A DNA stretch of 50,019 bases from Planctomycetota bacterium (GTDB taxonomy: Bacteria > Planctomycetota > B15-G4 > JADJEK01), in the NCBI GenBank assembly GCA_044225365.1, contig JBGAIQ010000043.1, positions 1 to 50,019 on the forward strand, read 5' to 3'. The position numbers and the translations under genes were made by a program. Positions 18,251 to 26,949 of the stretch are shown here, piece after piece (position 1 is the first letter of the stretch; every line of letters begins with the position of its first letter). The notes beneath the pieces were generated by a model that was not told where the DNA came from, ran no database searches, and saw only the letters and a program-made list of their open reading frames with translations.

Positions 18251-19885
18251 ATGTGGTCTGCCGTTCTCGCCTTCCTCGCGGTTCTCGCGCCTCCGGTGTC
18301 GCCGCCGCTCGTCATCGTCAACACGCGCGTGATCAGCTTCGACGCGGCCACCACGAACGGGGCCGCGATCGCGCTCAAGGACGGGCGAATCGTCGCGATC
18401 GGTGACGAATCGTCGTGTCGCGCCGCGGCGGGCGATGGCGCCACGGTGATCGACGCGGGCGGACGGGCGACGATGCGCGGGTTCTTCGATGCGCACGCGC
18501 ACCTGATGAGCGGCGGCGTCTCCGAGCTCCAGCTCGAACTGAAGGGAGCAAGGAGCGAGGAGGAGATGATCGAACGCCTCGCGAAGTGGCGCGAGACGCT
18601 TCCGTCGGACGAGTGGATCATCGGCCGCGGCTGGGACCACACGTTGTTCCCGAACCAGACCTGGCCGACGCGCGCGAACTTCGACTCCCTCGCGCCGAAC
18701 ACTCCCATGCTGTTGTGGCGCGTCGATGGTCACAGCGCGCTCGCGAATGGCGCGGCGCTGCGCGTCGCCGGCATCGACGAGTCCGCGCACGATCCGCCCG
18801 ACGGAATGCTGATGCGCGACAAGGACGGCCTGCTCACGGGCATCCTGAAAGAGGGCGCCGTCAACCTCGTCGCGTCGCACATCCCGCCTCGATCGTTCGA
18901 GCGCAAGCTGCAGGGGACGAAGCGAGCGCTCGAGCACTGCGCCCGCTTCGGCATCACGTCGTGCACCGATCACGGCGGTGATCCCGACGTCTACTTCGAG
19001 CTCCTGAAGCGCGGCGAGCTCACCTGTCGCATCGACCTGTGGGTCGATCTCGCCGACGATCTGAAACCTGCGATCGAGCTGCGCAGCAGACTCGAGCCCG
19101 TCGCGGAGTGGATTCGATTCCAGACCCTGAAGGGATTCGTCGACGGGACGTTCGGCTCGCGCACGTCCGCCATGTTCGAGCCGTTCCACGACGACGCCGG
19201 CACGAGCGGGGTGCTGCGAACCGACGTGAAGGTGCTGACCGATCGCGTGATCGCCGCCGACGCCGCGGGTTTCCAGGTGGCGCTGCATGCGATCGGCGAT
19301 CGCGCCGTCGCGATCGCGCTCGACGCGTTCGAAGCCGCGCAGGCGAAGAACGGAACGATCGATCGGCGCGATCGCGTCGAGCATGCGCAGGTCCTGCGCG
19401 AGTCCGACATCCCGCGCTTCAAGAAGCTCGGCGTGACCGCATCGATGCAGCCCTGCCATCTGCTGACGGATCGCCGCTTCGCCGTCGATCGCATCGGTCA
19501 GGATCGAGCGAAGTTCAGCTACGCGTGGAAAGCGCTCGCAGACGCCGGCGCGCTGCTCGCCTTCGGCACCGACTACGACGTCGAGTCGCTCGATCCGATG
19601 CGCAATCTCTTCGCGGCGGTCACTCGCGAAGCCGAGGACTCGACGGCGGAGAAAGCGTATTTCCCGGAGCAGTGTCTCTCGCTCGACGCCGCGCTCGCCG
19701 CGATGACCGTGGGCGGCGCGATGGCCGCGCATCGCGAGAAGGAACTCGGCCCGCTCGTCGTCGGTTCGCTCGCCGACCTCGTGGTACTCGATCAAGCGCT
19801 CGACGCGAAGCAGCCGCGCGAGATCCTGAAGAACAAGGCCTGGCTCACGGTCGTGGGCGGGCGCGTCGTGTTCCAGCGCCGCTGA
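18251..19885 (+). CDS. Amidohydrolase 3 family (YtcJ-like) protein
   Basis: GFFDAHAH, DGHSALAN, FVDGTFGSRT, HAIGDRA, RVEHAQ, FGTDY, LADLVVL, TVVGGRVV. Confidence 0.9.
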   Translation: MWSAVLAFLAVLAPPVSPPLVIVNTRVISFDAATTNGAAIALKDGRIVAIGDESSCRAAAGDGATVIDAGGRATMRGFFDAHAHLMSGGVSELQLELKGARSEEEMIERLAKWRETLPSDEWIIGRGWDHTLFPNQTWPTRANFDSLAPNTPMLLWRVDGHSALANGAALRVAGIDESAHDPPDGMLMRDKDGLLTGILKEGAVNLVASHIPPRSFERKLQGTKRALEHCARFGITSCTDHGGDPDVYFELLKRGELTCRIDLWVDLADDLKPAIELRSRLEPVAEWIRFQTLKGFVDGTFGSRTSAMFEPFHDDAGTSGVLRTDVKVLTDRVIAADAAGFQVALHAIGDRAVAIALDAFEAAQAKNGTIDRRDRVEHAQVLRESDIPRFKKLGVTASMQPCHLLTDRRFAVDRIGQDRAKFSYAWKALADAGALLAFGTDYDVESLDPMRNLFAAVTREAEDSTAEKAYFPEQCLSLDAALAAMTVGGAMAAHREKELGPLVVGSLADLVVLDQALDAKQPREILKNKAWLTVVGGRVVFQRR

Positions 19886-19898
19886 ATCCGCGATCGGA

Positions 19899-21635
19899 TC
19901 AGCTTCCGAGCTTCCAGTGCTGGCCCTGCGTCAGCGCCGTGTGATACGGACCGACCGCGCCCGGGTCGACGAATCCCGCCTGGAGGTAGAGGTCGAGTCC
20001 GCAGAGCGACTGCGTCGACGGCAATGGGAACGCGATGGTTTCGTTGCCCGCCGCATCGAGCGCGGGCACGAAGAAGATCGTCGAGGGGGCGACGAGGAGC
20101 GTGCCGTGATCGAACGGGATCGCGACGGGACTCCCCCCCGCGAAGAAGAACACCGTTCCTGCGTTGGGCAGGCCGCCCGTGATGGTGAGGTCGGTGGTCC
20201 CGCCGAGGACCGGCGGCTCGAGGGATGTGAGCACCGGCACTCCCACGGTTCCCGCCTTGCCGGCGCCGTAGGCCGTGGCCGACGCCGCGATGCAGCCGTG
20301 ATAGAGCTGGACCTGACCTTCGTCGCCGAGGAAGCCGCCCGGTCCGTCGAGGTGCGGCTCGCCGACCAGGATGTCGTCGACGAGATCGCCGTTCACGTCA
20401 CCGGCGCCGGCCACGGAGAATCCGAGCGTTCCGACCGACTGCGTTCCCGTGATCGTCCAGTACGGGGTCGAACCGAGACCGCCGGCGCCGTTGCGGAATG
20501 CGTGGGCGCGTCCCGCCGAGAGCGGCGAGTTTCCGTAGTAGGGATCGCCTGCGAGCACGTCGGGCCGCCCATCGCCGTCGATGTCCGCGTGACCCAGCGC
20601 ATACCCGAGGTTCTGGGATCCCGCACTCAGCCCGATCCAAGACGGATTCGCCGCATACCCGAGTGAGGTGCCCTGAAGCAGGAGGACACGGCCATGAACG
20701 GTGCCTTGAACCGCGAACTGCGCCTCCGAGACGAGCAGATCGTCTAAGCCGTCCCCGTCGAAATCGGCGGCGTCCATCGCGCGACCGAAGGCGACGCTTC
20801 CATTGCCGCCCTTGCTCCAGAGCGGCGTCGCGAGCGGTCCCGCGGGCGAGCCGGCGAAGAGGAAGACTCCGCCGTTGGCGTTCGCAGTGCCGGGATACAC
20901 GCTCGAACTCACGAGCACGTCGGAGAAGCCGTCGGCGTTGGGATCCCCCGCCGATCGCACGCCCGCGCCGAAGTGCGCGAGCAATTGACCGAAGCCGCCG
21001 TTCACCCAGGATGGAGAAGAGGGGAGTCCGAGGCTCGTTCCCAGGAAGACCATCGCGTAGCCTTCGCCGAGTTGGGACTGCGTGGCGCCGGGGAGTCCGA
21101 CGACGAGATCGAGGAATCCGTCGGCGTTCACGTCCCCCGCGCTCGAGACCGAGGCCCCGAGCTGTGCATTCGCGAGGTTGCTCTCGACGGACCATGCCGA
21201 CGTCGTCGCCAGGCCGGCAGGCGATCCGAGGAACACCTGGACGCGGCCCTCACTCGTCTGACCGTTCGAGTACGTGGTGGAACCGATGACGAGATCCGCG
21301 TAGCCGTCGCCGTTCAAGTCTCCCGCGCTGGCGACCGCCGCCCCCAACTGCTCGCTGAAAGTCGCGCCGTCGATGATCGAGGATGGGAGATTGGACAAGC
21401 CGCCCGGTGCGCCTCGATAGACGAAGACGCGGCCCACCCCCGTGTTGAACGAGTGCCCCGGGGCGCTGACGGCGATGTCGCCGAAGCCGTCGCCGTCGAC
21501 GTCTCCCGCGCTCGTGAGCGCGTATCCGAGCCACGCACTGTGCTCCCCACCGTTCTGCTTCCAGTTCGGCGTGGTTCCGATCGGGTAGGCGAGAACGGAC
21601 AACAGTATGGGACTTGCCAGAGTTGCGAGAAACAT
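19899..21635 (-). CDS. Secreted FG-GAP repeat protein (integrin-alpha-like)
   Basis: Seven (S)AGD[V/L]N.DG..D repeats with GR V.V(F/Y).G. C-terminal domain YGAGKAG...LQAGFVDPG...LTQG..WKLGS. GGAGG upstream of the chosen start. Confidence 0.9.
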   Translation of the reverse strand: MFLATLASPILLSVLAYPIGTTPNWKQNGGEHSAWLGYALTSAGDVDGDGFGDIAVSAPGHSFNTGVGRVFVYRGAPGGLSNLPSSIIDGATFSEQLGAAVASAGDLNGDGYADLVIGSTTYSNGQTSEGRVQVFLGSPAGLATTSAWSVESNLANAQLGASVSSAGDVNADGFLDLVVGLPGATQSQLGEGYAMVFLGTSLGLPSSPSWVNGGFGQLLAHFGAGVRSAGDPNADGFSDVLVSSSVYPGTANANGGVFLFAGSPAGPLATPLWSKGGNGSVAFGRAMDAADFDGDGLDDLLVSEAQFAVQGTVHGRVLLLQGTSLGYAANPSWIGLSAGSQNLGYALGHADIDGDGRPDVLAGDPYYGNSPLSAGRAHAFRNGAGGLGSTPYWTITGTQSVGTLGFSVAGAGDVNGDLVDDILVGEPHLDGPGGFLGDEGQVQLYHGCIAASATAYGAGKAGTVGVPVLTSLEPPVLGGTTDLTITGGLPNAGTVFFFAGGSPVAIPFDHGTLLVAPSTIFFVPALDAAGNETIAFPLPSTQSLCGLDLYLQAGFVDPGAVGPYHTALTQGQHWKLGS

Positions 21636-21786
21636 GCGCTTCCTCCATGTTCTCAAGGCCTTGATCGGCCGGGATCCGGTCCTCCGCTCGCGTTCATTAT
21701 GTTCGAACGGGTACGAATTGCCAGCGCGCAACTCGAGGCCGGGTGGAGTCCCGTGTCACGCTGGCCGATTGGGATCGGGTCGAGAT

Positions 21787-22854
21787 CTATCGAGTCTCGG
21801 CGAGCGACTTCACGTGGATCGAATCCACCGTCAGCAGCGAGCCGTGCGTGAAGAGCTGCACCGGTGCGGAGAAACCTCGGTAGTCGCCCTTCCATTTCCC
21901 CCGCAGTCCGTCGTCCACGAACAGCTCCATCCCGTCCTCGCGCACGATCTGGCGGATCGTGGCGAACTCGCCGGGAGCGATGCGGCCCATCTTTGGAACG
22001 TGTTGCCCGCCGCATGGACCGAGCTCCACGCGGAGTTGATCGGGATCGTGCTCCCAGTCGAAGACGATCTGCCACGCGCCGTACCCGAGGCGGATGTTGT
22101 CGACGTCCGTCTTCACGCGATACGTGATCTCGATGGGCACGCGATACTGCGAGACCGACTCCACGATGCCGTCTCGCACCACGATGCCGCCGTCGTACGG
22201 CACCCCGCGCACGCACAGGAAGTCGTCGTCGAAGCGATCGCTCTTCTTGAAGAGACCACTCTCGGGCGGCAAGGGCGCGACGGCGGCTGAACTCCGCCCC
22301 TTCGCGTCTGCCGCGAGCGGCTCGATGTGGATCGACTCGACGATGAGCGTCGAGAACTCGACCGAGAAGACGCGGATCGGCGCCTTCTTCCCTTTGAAGT
22401 CGCCGAACCAGCGCCCGCGCGGCTCACCGTCGACGAGGATGTCGAGCTGATCGTCGGTCACGACCTCGCGAACGGTGACGAAGCGCCCGGCAGGCAGCAG
22501 TCCCTTGCCGTCGATGTGACGGCCGCTCGCGGGGCCGCCATCGATTCGTAACTGCGAGGGCAGCGACTCCCAATTGAAGAGGATCTGCTCCGCGCCGCAG
22601 CAGCCGAAGCGTGCATCGTTGCCGTCGCTCATGACTCGGAACTCGATCTTGAGCGGCGGGCTGTAGAGCTGGAGCGATCGCATCTCCCCGTCCTGGAGCA
22701 CGACCTTGCCGCCGACGTTCGCGGCGCTCGTCGCCAGGAAGTCGTCGTCGAAGCGATCGCTTCGCGGGAAGAGGAAGGGCGTTCCGCCACCGCCTTTGGT
22801 GTCGGCGTTGCCGGGCACGAGGAGAGCGAACAACGCGGCCATCGCGATGAGCAT
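21787..22854 (-). CDS. Secreted hypothetical protein with two tandem ~150-aa beta-rich domains
   Basis: Signal peptide MLIAMAALFALL with AAGGAG RBS. Internal duplication LFPRSDRFDDDFL...VESIHIEPL / LFKKSDRFDDDFL...VDSIHVKSL. Confidence 0.72.
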   Translation of the reverse strand: MLIAMAALFALLVPGNADTKGGGGTPFLFPRSDRFDDDFLATSAANVGGKVVLQDGEMRSLQLYSPPLKIEFRVMSDGNDARFGCCGAEQILFNWESLPSQLRIDGGPASGRHIDGKGLLPAGRFVTVREVVTDDQLDILVDGEPRGRWFGDFKGKKAPIRVFSVEFSTLIVESIHIEPLAADAKGRSSAAVAPLPPESGLFKKSDRFDDDFLCVRGVPYDGGIVVRDGIVESVSQYRVPIEITYRVKTDVDNIRLGYGAWQIVFDWEHDPDQLRVELGPCGGQHVPKMGRIAPGEFATIRQIVREDGMELFVDDGLRGKWKGDYRGFSAPVQLFTHGSLLTVDSIHVKSLAETR

Positions 22855-23066
22855 GGGGGGCCACTCCTTCATGGAATCGAGAATCGAATCGAGAATCGAA
22901 TCGAGCTGCGAGCGACAGGGTACGGACCCAAGTTGCTCCATGGAGTTCCCCTCCCTCTCCGTGAAATGGGGACCGCCGGGCTCTGCCCGGCAATGGCTAC
23001 GAATCGCACGTTGGCCGGGAGAAGGAATGCCGGGCGGAGCCCGGCGGTCCCATCGGATGGGCCCGC

Positions 23067-23849
23067 TCAGCCCTTCAGATACGAAACCGCGTTCTTGAAC
23101 ACGCGCGCCCCGTCGCCCTCGTCCTCGGCGGGGAAGGTCGCGGCGCCCGTCCAATCGGGGTGATGGACGGCGAACATCGCGCGCTCGGGGTGAGGCATGA
23201 GCCCGAACACGCGACCGGTCTGGTCGACGAGGCCGGCGATCCCATCGATCGAGCCGTTGGGGTTCGCGGGATATTCGGCCTTCGAGCCGTCCTCGTTCAC
23301 GTAGCGCAGCGCGACGTGACCGCCGTCGACGATGGCCTTCAGCATCGCCGGATCGCGCGGGACGAACTTCCCCTCGCCATGGGCGAGCGACATGCGCAGG
23401 CGTTCTCCGGCCTTCACGAAGATCGATCGCGGAGAGACCGCGACGAGATCGACCCAGCGGTCCTCGTACTTGTTGGAGTCGTTGTCGGCGAGCGTCGCTT
23501 CTTGATTCCCGATGCGGTGGTGGACGCCCGGCAGGATGCCGGTCTTCACGAGCACCTGGAATCCGTTGCAGATCCCGAGCACGATCCCGCCGCGATCGAC
23601 CAGGGCGAGCAGGGCGTCCTTCAGGCGCAGGAGTTCGAGAGCGAGGACCTTGCCCGCGGAGATGTCGTCGCCGTACGAGAAGCCGCCCGGGATCGCGAGG
23701 CCGTCGAACGCGTCGAGCTTCGTCTTGCCGCTCAGCAGGCGGTTCACGTGCACCGTCTCCGTCGCAGCGCCGTAGCGCTCGAACGCGAATGCGGTCTCGA
23801 CCTCGCAATTGATACCGGCGGCGCGGACGACCAGGATCTTCGGTTTCAT
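23067..23849 (-). CDS. purQ: Phosphoribosylformylglycinamidine synthase subunit PurQ
   Basis: G.NCE.ET, IPGGFSYGD, GICNGFQ, AHGEG, NPNGS, GLMPHPER. 4-nt overlap with purL. Confidence 0.95.
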   Translation of the reverse strand: MKPKILVVRAAGINCEVETAFAFERYGAATETVHVNRLLSGKTKLDAFDGLAIPGGFSYGDDISAGKVLALELLRLKDALLALVDRGGIVLGICNGFQVLVKTGILPGVHHRIGNQEATLADNDSNKYEDRWVDLVAVSPRSIFVKAGERLRMSLAHGEGKFVPRDPAMLKAIVDGGHVALRYVNEDGSKAEYPANPNGSIDGIAGLVDQTGRVFGLMPHPERAMFAVHHPDWTGAATFPAEDEGDGARVFKNAVSYLKG

Positions 23850-26830
23850 GCGGCACCTCCCGAGAGCTTCTCGAATGCTTTGGCCGGCGAGCCGAAATCG
23901 AGCGGCGCCTTCCATCGGGCGTGGAGGTCCTCGACCTTCTCGTCGAGGACGGCCCCGCCCGCGAGTCCTTGGACGACGAGGCGCCCGGTCGCCGTGACCT
24001 CGCCGACGACGGCGTGCGGGATGCCGTGAAGTTCCTTCGCGAGGGCCGCGAGCGATTCCGGCGCGACCTCGCACAGGAACCGGGTGGGAGACTCGGAGAA
24101 GAGCAATGTGTCGTCGCGATCGAGCGGCGGCGAGCCGTCGCTTCCGCCGCGACCGATGGCCGTCGTTCGCGCGATCTTCGACAGGTCGACGTTCACGCCG
24201 AGCCCGCGAGCGAACGCCGACTCGGCGAGCGCGACCGCGAGGCCGCCATCCGAGAGGTCGTGGCAGGTGAGCAGGAGGTGCGCCTGCATGATGCGCGACA
24301 TCGCCTCGAACGTCTTGCGCGAGACCTCGAGATCGACGCGAGGCACGCTCGCTCCGATCTTCCCGAGCGACGCGTAGTAATACGACGCGCCGAGTTCGTT
24401 CCGGGTATTGCCGACGAGCACCAGCTTGCTGCCCGCGCGCTTCAGATCGGAGGAGACCGCGCGCCGGACGTCGTCGACGATGCCGATCGACGACACGAGC
24501 AATGTCGTCGGGATCGCGACGATGCCCTTCGGCGTCCGGAATTCGTTGTTCAGCGAATCCTTGCCGGAGATGAACGGCGTGCCGAGCGCGAGCGCCGCGT
24601 CGCGGCAGGCGAGCGCCACCTGCGCGACCTCGCCGAGGATCTCGGGGCGCTCGCAATTGCCGGCGCAGAAGTTGTCGAGGAGCGCGATGCGATCGAAGCG
24701 CGCACCGACCGCGATGACGTTGCGCACGGCCTCGTCGATCGCGAGGAGTCCCATCTGATAGGGATCGATGTCGCCGTAGCGCGGACACAGCCCATTGCCG
24801 ATGGCGAGGCCCTTGGCGCCGTTCAGCTTCGGCCGCACGATCGCGGCGTCGGACGGGGTCCTCTGGCCGGGACCGAGGAGCGGCTTCATCGCCATGCCGG
24901 CCTGGACCTCGTGGTCGTACTGCCGAATGACCCATTCCTTGCTCGCGATGTCCGGCGTCGCGAGCAGATCGCGGAGCGTCTTGCCGAGTTCCTTCGGGCA
25001 GTCGAACACGGGCTCGGCCTCGTTCGGGCGATGCGCGGTGCTCTTCGTCGTCGCCTTGCGCGTGACGCGCGGAAGGCCATCGTGCAGGAACGCGAGCGCG
25101 ATGTCGCCGACGACGTGATTCTTGTAGCGCAGCACGAGGCGCCCGGATTCCGTGAAGCGGCCGATGACCGTCGCCTCGACGTCCTCGCCCTCCATCAGCT
25201 CGAGCAGTGCTTTCACATCGGAGGGAGCGACGGCGAGCACCATGCGCTCCTGCGCCTCGCTGATCCAGATCTCCGCATACGTGAGCCCCGCGTACTTCAG
25301 CGGAACCTTGTCGAGGTCGACCTCGGCGCCGAGATCCGCCGCCATCTCACCCACGGCCGAGGAGAGGCCGCCGGCGCCGCAGTCGGTGACGCAGTGGTAG
25401 AGCCCCGCGTCGCGCGCCCGGAGCAGCGCGTCCATCACCTTCTTCTCGGTGATCGCGTTGCCGATCTGCACCGCGCCGGAGTCGAGCGATTCCGATTCAT
25501 GATGCAGCTCGCGCGAGGAGAACGTCGCGCCGTGGATGCCGTCGCGTCCCGTTCGCCCGCCGATCACGACGATCTCGTCGCCAGCGAGCGCGGCCTTCTC
25601 CACCTTGTCGGTCGGGATCATGCCGACGCTGCCGCAGAACACGAGGGGGTTGCCCGTGAAGCGTTTGTCGAACAGGAGCGCGCCGTTCGCCGTCGGGATA
25701 CCCATTCGATTGCCGTAATCGCGCACGCCGGCGACGACGCCCTTCAACGTGCGGAACGGGTGGAGCGCTCCCGGCGGCACGTCGGACGCGGCCATGTCCG
25801 GCGGGCCGAAGCAGAACACGTCGGTCGAGACGATCGGCTTGGCGCCGAGGCCCGTGCCGAGCGTATCGCGCAGGACGCCGCCGATGCCGGTGCCGGCGCC
25901 GCCGTAGGGCTCGATCGCCGACGGATGGTTGTGCGTCTCGACCTTGAACGTCGCGCACGATTCGCCGTCGAAGTCGATGACGCCGGCGTTGTCGACGAAC
26001 ACCGACACGCACCACGGCAGCGCGAGTTCACGCGTCGCGAAGAAGATCGTCTCCTTCAGCAGGTTGTCGAAGTGCTGGCCGTCGAGATCGACGGCGCCCG
26101 CGAGCGTCTTGTGCTTGCAGTGCTCCGACCACGTCTGCGCGATCGTCTCGAGTTCGATGTCGGTCGGTTTGCGGCCGAGCTTGCCGTAGTGAGCGCGGAC
26201 CGCCTTCATCTCGACGAGCGAGAGCGCGAGTCCGCCCTTCTTGCTGACGTCGAGGAGCGGTCCGTCCTCGGCCGGCAGATCGACCTCGACGCGCACGAAC
26301 TTCGGCTCGTGGGTGACGACGGAGGGAGCGACGGGCTTCTCGTCGTCGACCTCGATGAGCTCGATCGCTTCGTTGCCGAGCGTGCGCGACGCCGCGAAGC
26401 GCAGATCGTCGCGATCGACCTCGCCCTCGACGAGGAACGCGGTGTAGGTACGAACCGCGCTCACTTCGATGTTCGCCGTCGAAAGGGCCCGCAACACGCC
26501 GTCCGCCGCGGGATCCATCACGCCCGGTTTCTTCACGACGAGGATGCGATGCCGGAACGGCTTCTCGAGCGGGGGAGCGTCGTTCTCCGCGAGCACGATC
26601 GCCTTGTCGACGACGGCATCGGTGAAGACCTGCTTCGCGGCGCGCTCGGCCTCGATCCTTCCGCCGGTGAGTGCGAGTGCGCAACCGCGCACGCTCCTCA
26701 CCTGATGGATTCCCTTGACGCCCGCGCCGCGCAGGTCGAGCAGGGCCTGGCGTCCGCGCGTGTCGCGGTCGGGGTCGATGAACGTGATCTCGATTCGGAA
26801 GGCCTGGGGGCCGAGCGGGGAGGGAGTCAT
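23846..26830 (-). CDS. purL: Phosphoribosylformylglycinamidine synthase subunit PurL with N-terminal PurS-like domains
   Basis: QTWSEHCKHK, KVETHNHPSAIEPYGGAGTG, TGRDGIHGATFSS, DCGAGG, SEAQERM, QYDHEVQ, ISGKDSLNN, HDLSDGG. N-terminal KPGVMDP PurS-like repeat. Confidence 0.95.
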   Translation of the reverse strand: MTPSPLGPQAFRIEITFIDPDRDTRGRQALLDLRGAGVKGIHQVRSVRGCALALTGGRIEAERAAKQVFTDAVVDKAIVLAENDAPPLEKPFRHRILVVKKPGVMDPAADGVLRALSTANIEVSAVRTYTAFLVEGEVDRDDLRFAASRTLGNEAIELIEVDDEKPVAPSVVTHEPKFVRVEVDLPAEDGPLLDVSKKGGLALSLVEMKAVRAHYGKLGRKPTDIELETIAQTWSEHCKHKTLAGAVDLDGQHFDNLLKETIFFATRELALPWCVSVFVDNAGVIDFDGESCATFKVETHNHPSAIEPYGGAGTGIGGVLRDTLGTGLGAKPIVSTDVFCFGPPDMAASDVPPGALHPFRTLKGVVAGVRDYGNRMGIPTANGALLFDKRFTGNPLVFCGSVGMIPTDKVEKAALAGDEIVVIGGRTGRDGIHGATFSSRELHHESESLDSGAVQIGNAITEKKVMDALLRARDAGLYHCVTDCGAGGLSSAVGEMAADLGAEVDLDKVPLKYAGLTYAEIWISEAQERMVLAVAPSDVKALLELMEGEDVEATVIGRFTESGRLVLRYKNHVVGDIALAFLHDGLPRVTRKATTKSTAHRPNEAEPVFDCPKELGKTLRDLLATPDIASKEWVIRQYDHEVQAGMAMKPLLGPGQRTPSDAAIVRPKLNGAKGLAIGNGLCPRYGDIDPYQMGLLAIDEAVRNVIAVGARFDRIALLDNFCAGNCERPEILGEVAQVALACRDAALALGTPFISGKDSLNNEFRTPKGIVAIPTTLLVSSIGIVDDVRRAVSSDLKRAGSKLVLVGNTRNELGASYYYASLGKIGASVPRVDLEVSRKTFEAMSRIMQAHLLLTCHDLSDGGLAVALAESAFARGLGVNVDLSKIARTTAIGRGGSDGSPPLDRDDTLLFSESPTRFLCEVAPESLAALAKELHGIPHAVVGEVTATGRLVVQGLAGGAVLDEKVEDLHARWKAPLDFGSPAKAFEKLSGGAA

Positions 26831-26836
26831 GCGTCG

Positions 26837-26845
26837 ATGGTAGCA
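26837..26845 (-). promoter_or_regulatory. Extended -10 element (TGcTACCAT) 6 nt before the purL ATG; likely leaderless promoter
   Basis: Minus strand reads TGCTACCAT-CGACGC-ATG with no Shine-Dalgarno. Confidence 0.5.
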
Positions 26846-26949
26846 ACGGGACGCCCGGGAATCGATTGACCCTCTTCGGAGTCCGGTTACAACCTTTCGC
26901 AGGCGCGTCGGCGGCGAGGTCCTCGCCCGCGCCGCTCGGGGTCCATTCC

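Noticed and set aside
17195-19885. Apparent 866-aa and 869-aa overlapping ORFs suggesting rhomboid or amidohydrolase fusions
   Set aside because: Each is a real gene extended by the antisense of its divergent neighbour. The true starts are about 18148 (-) and 18251 (+).
22874-22905. 12-bp tandem repeat (gaatcgagaatc x2.7); similar 12-bp duplication at 6486-6509
   Set aside because: Short slippage duplications near gene starts, with no evidence of function.
23921-26869. Long antisense/alternate-frame ORFs (e.g. 982 aa here; also 7920-10055, 42421-45261, 45615-47714, 35472-37457, 37234-39501)
   Set aside because: They are shadows of well-supported genes in high-GC DNA, with Arg/Ala-rich composition and no motifs.
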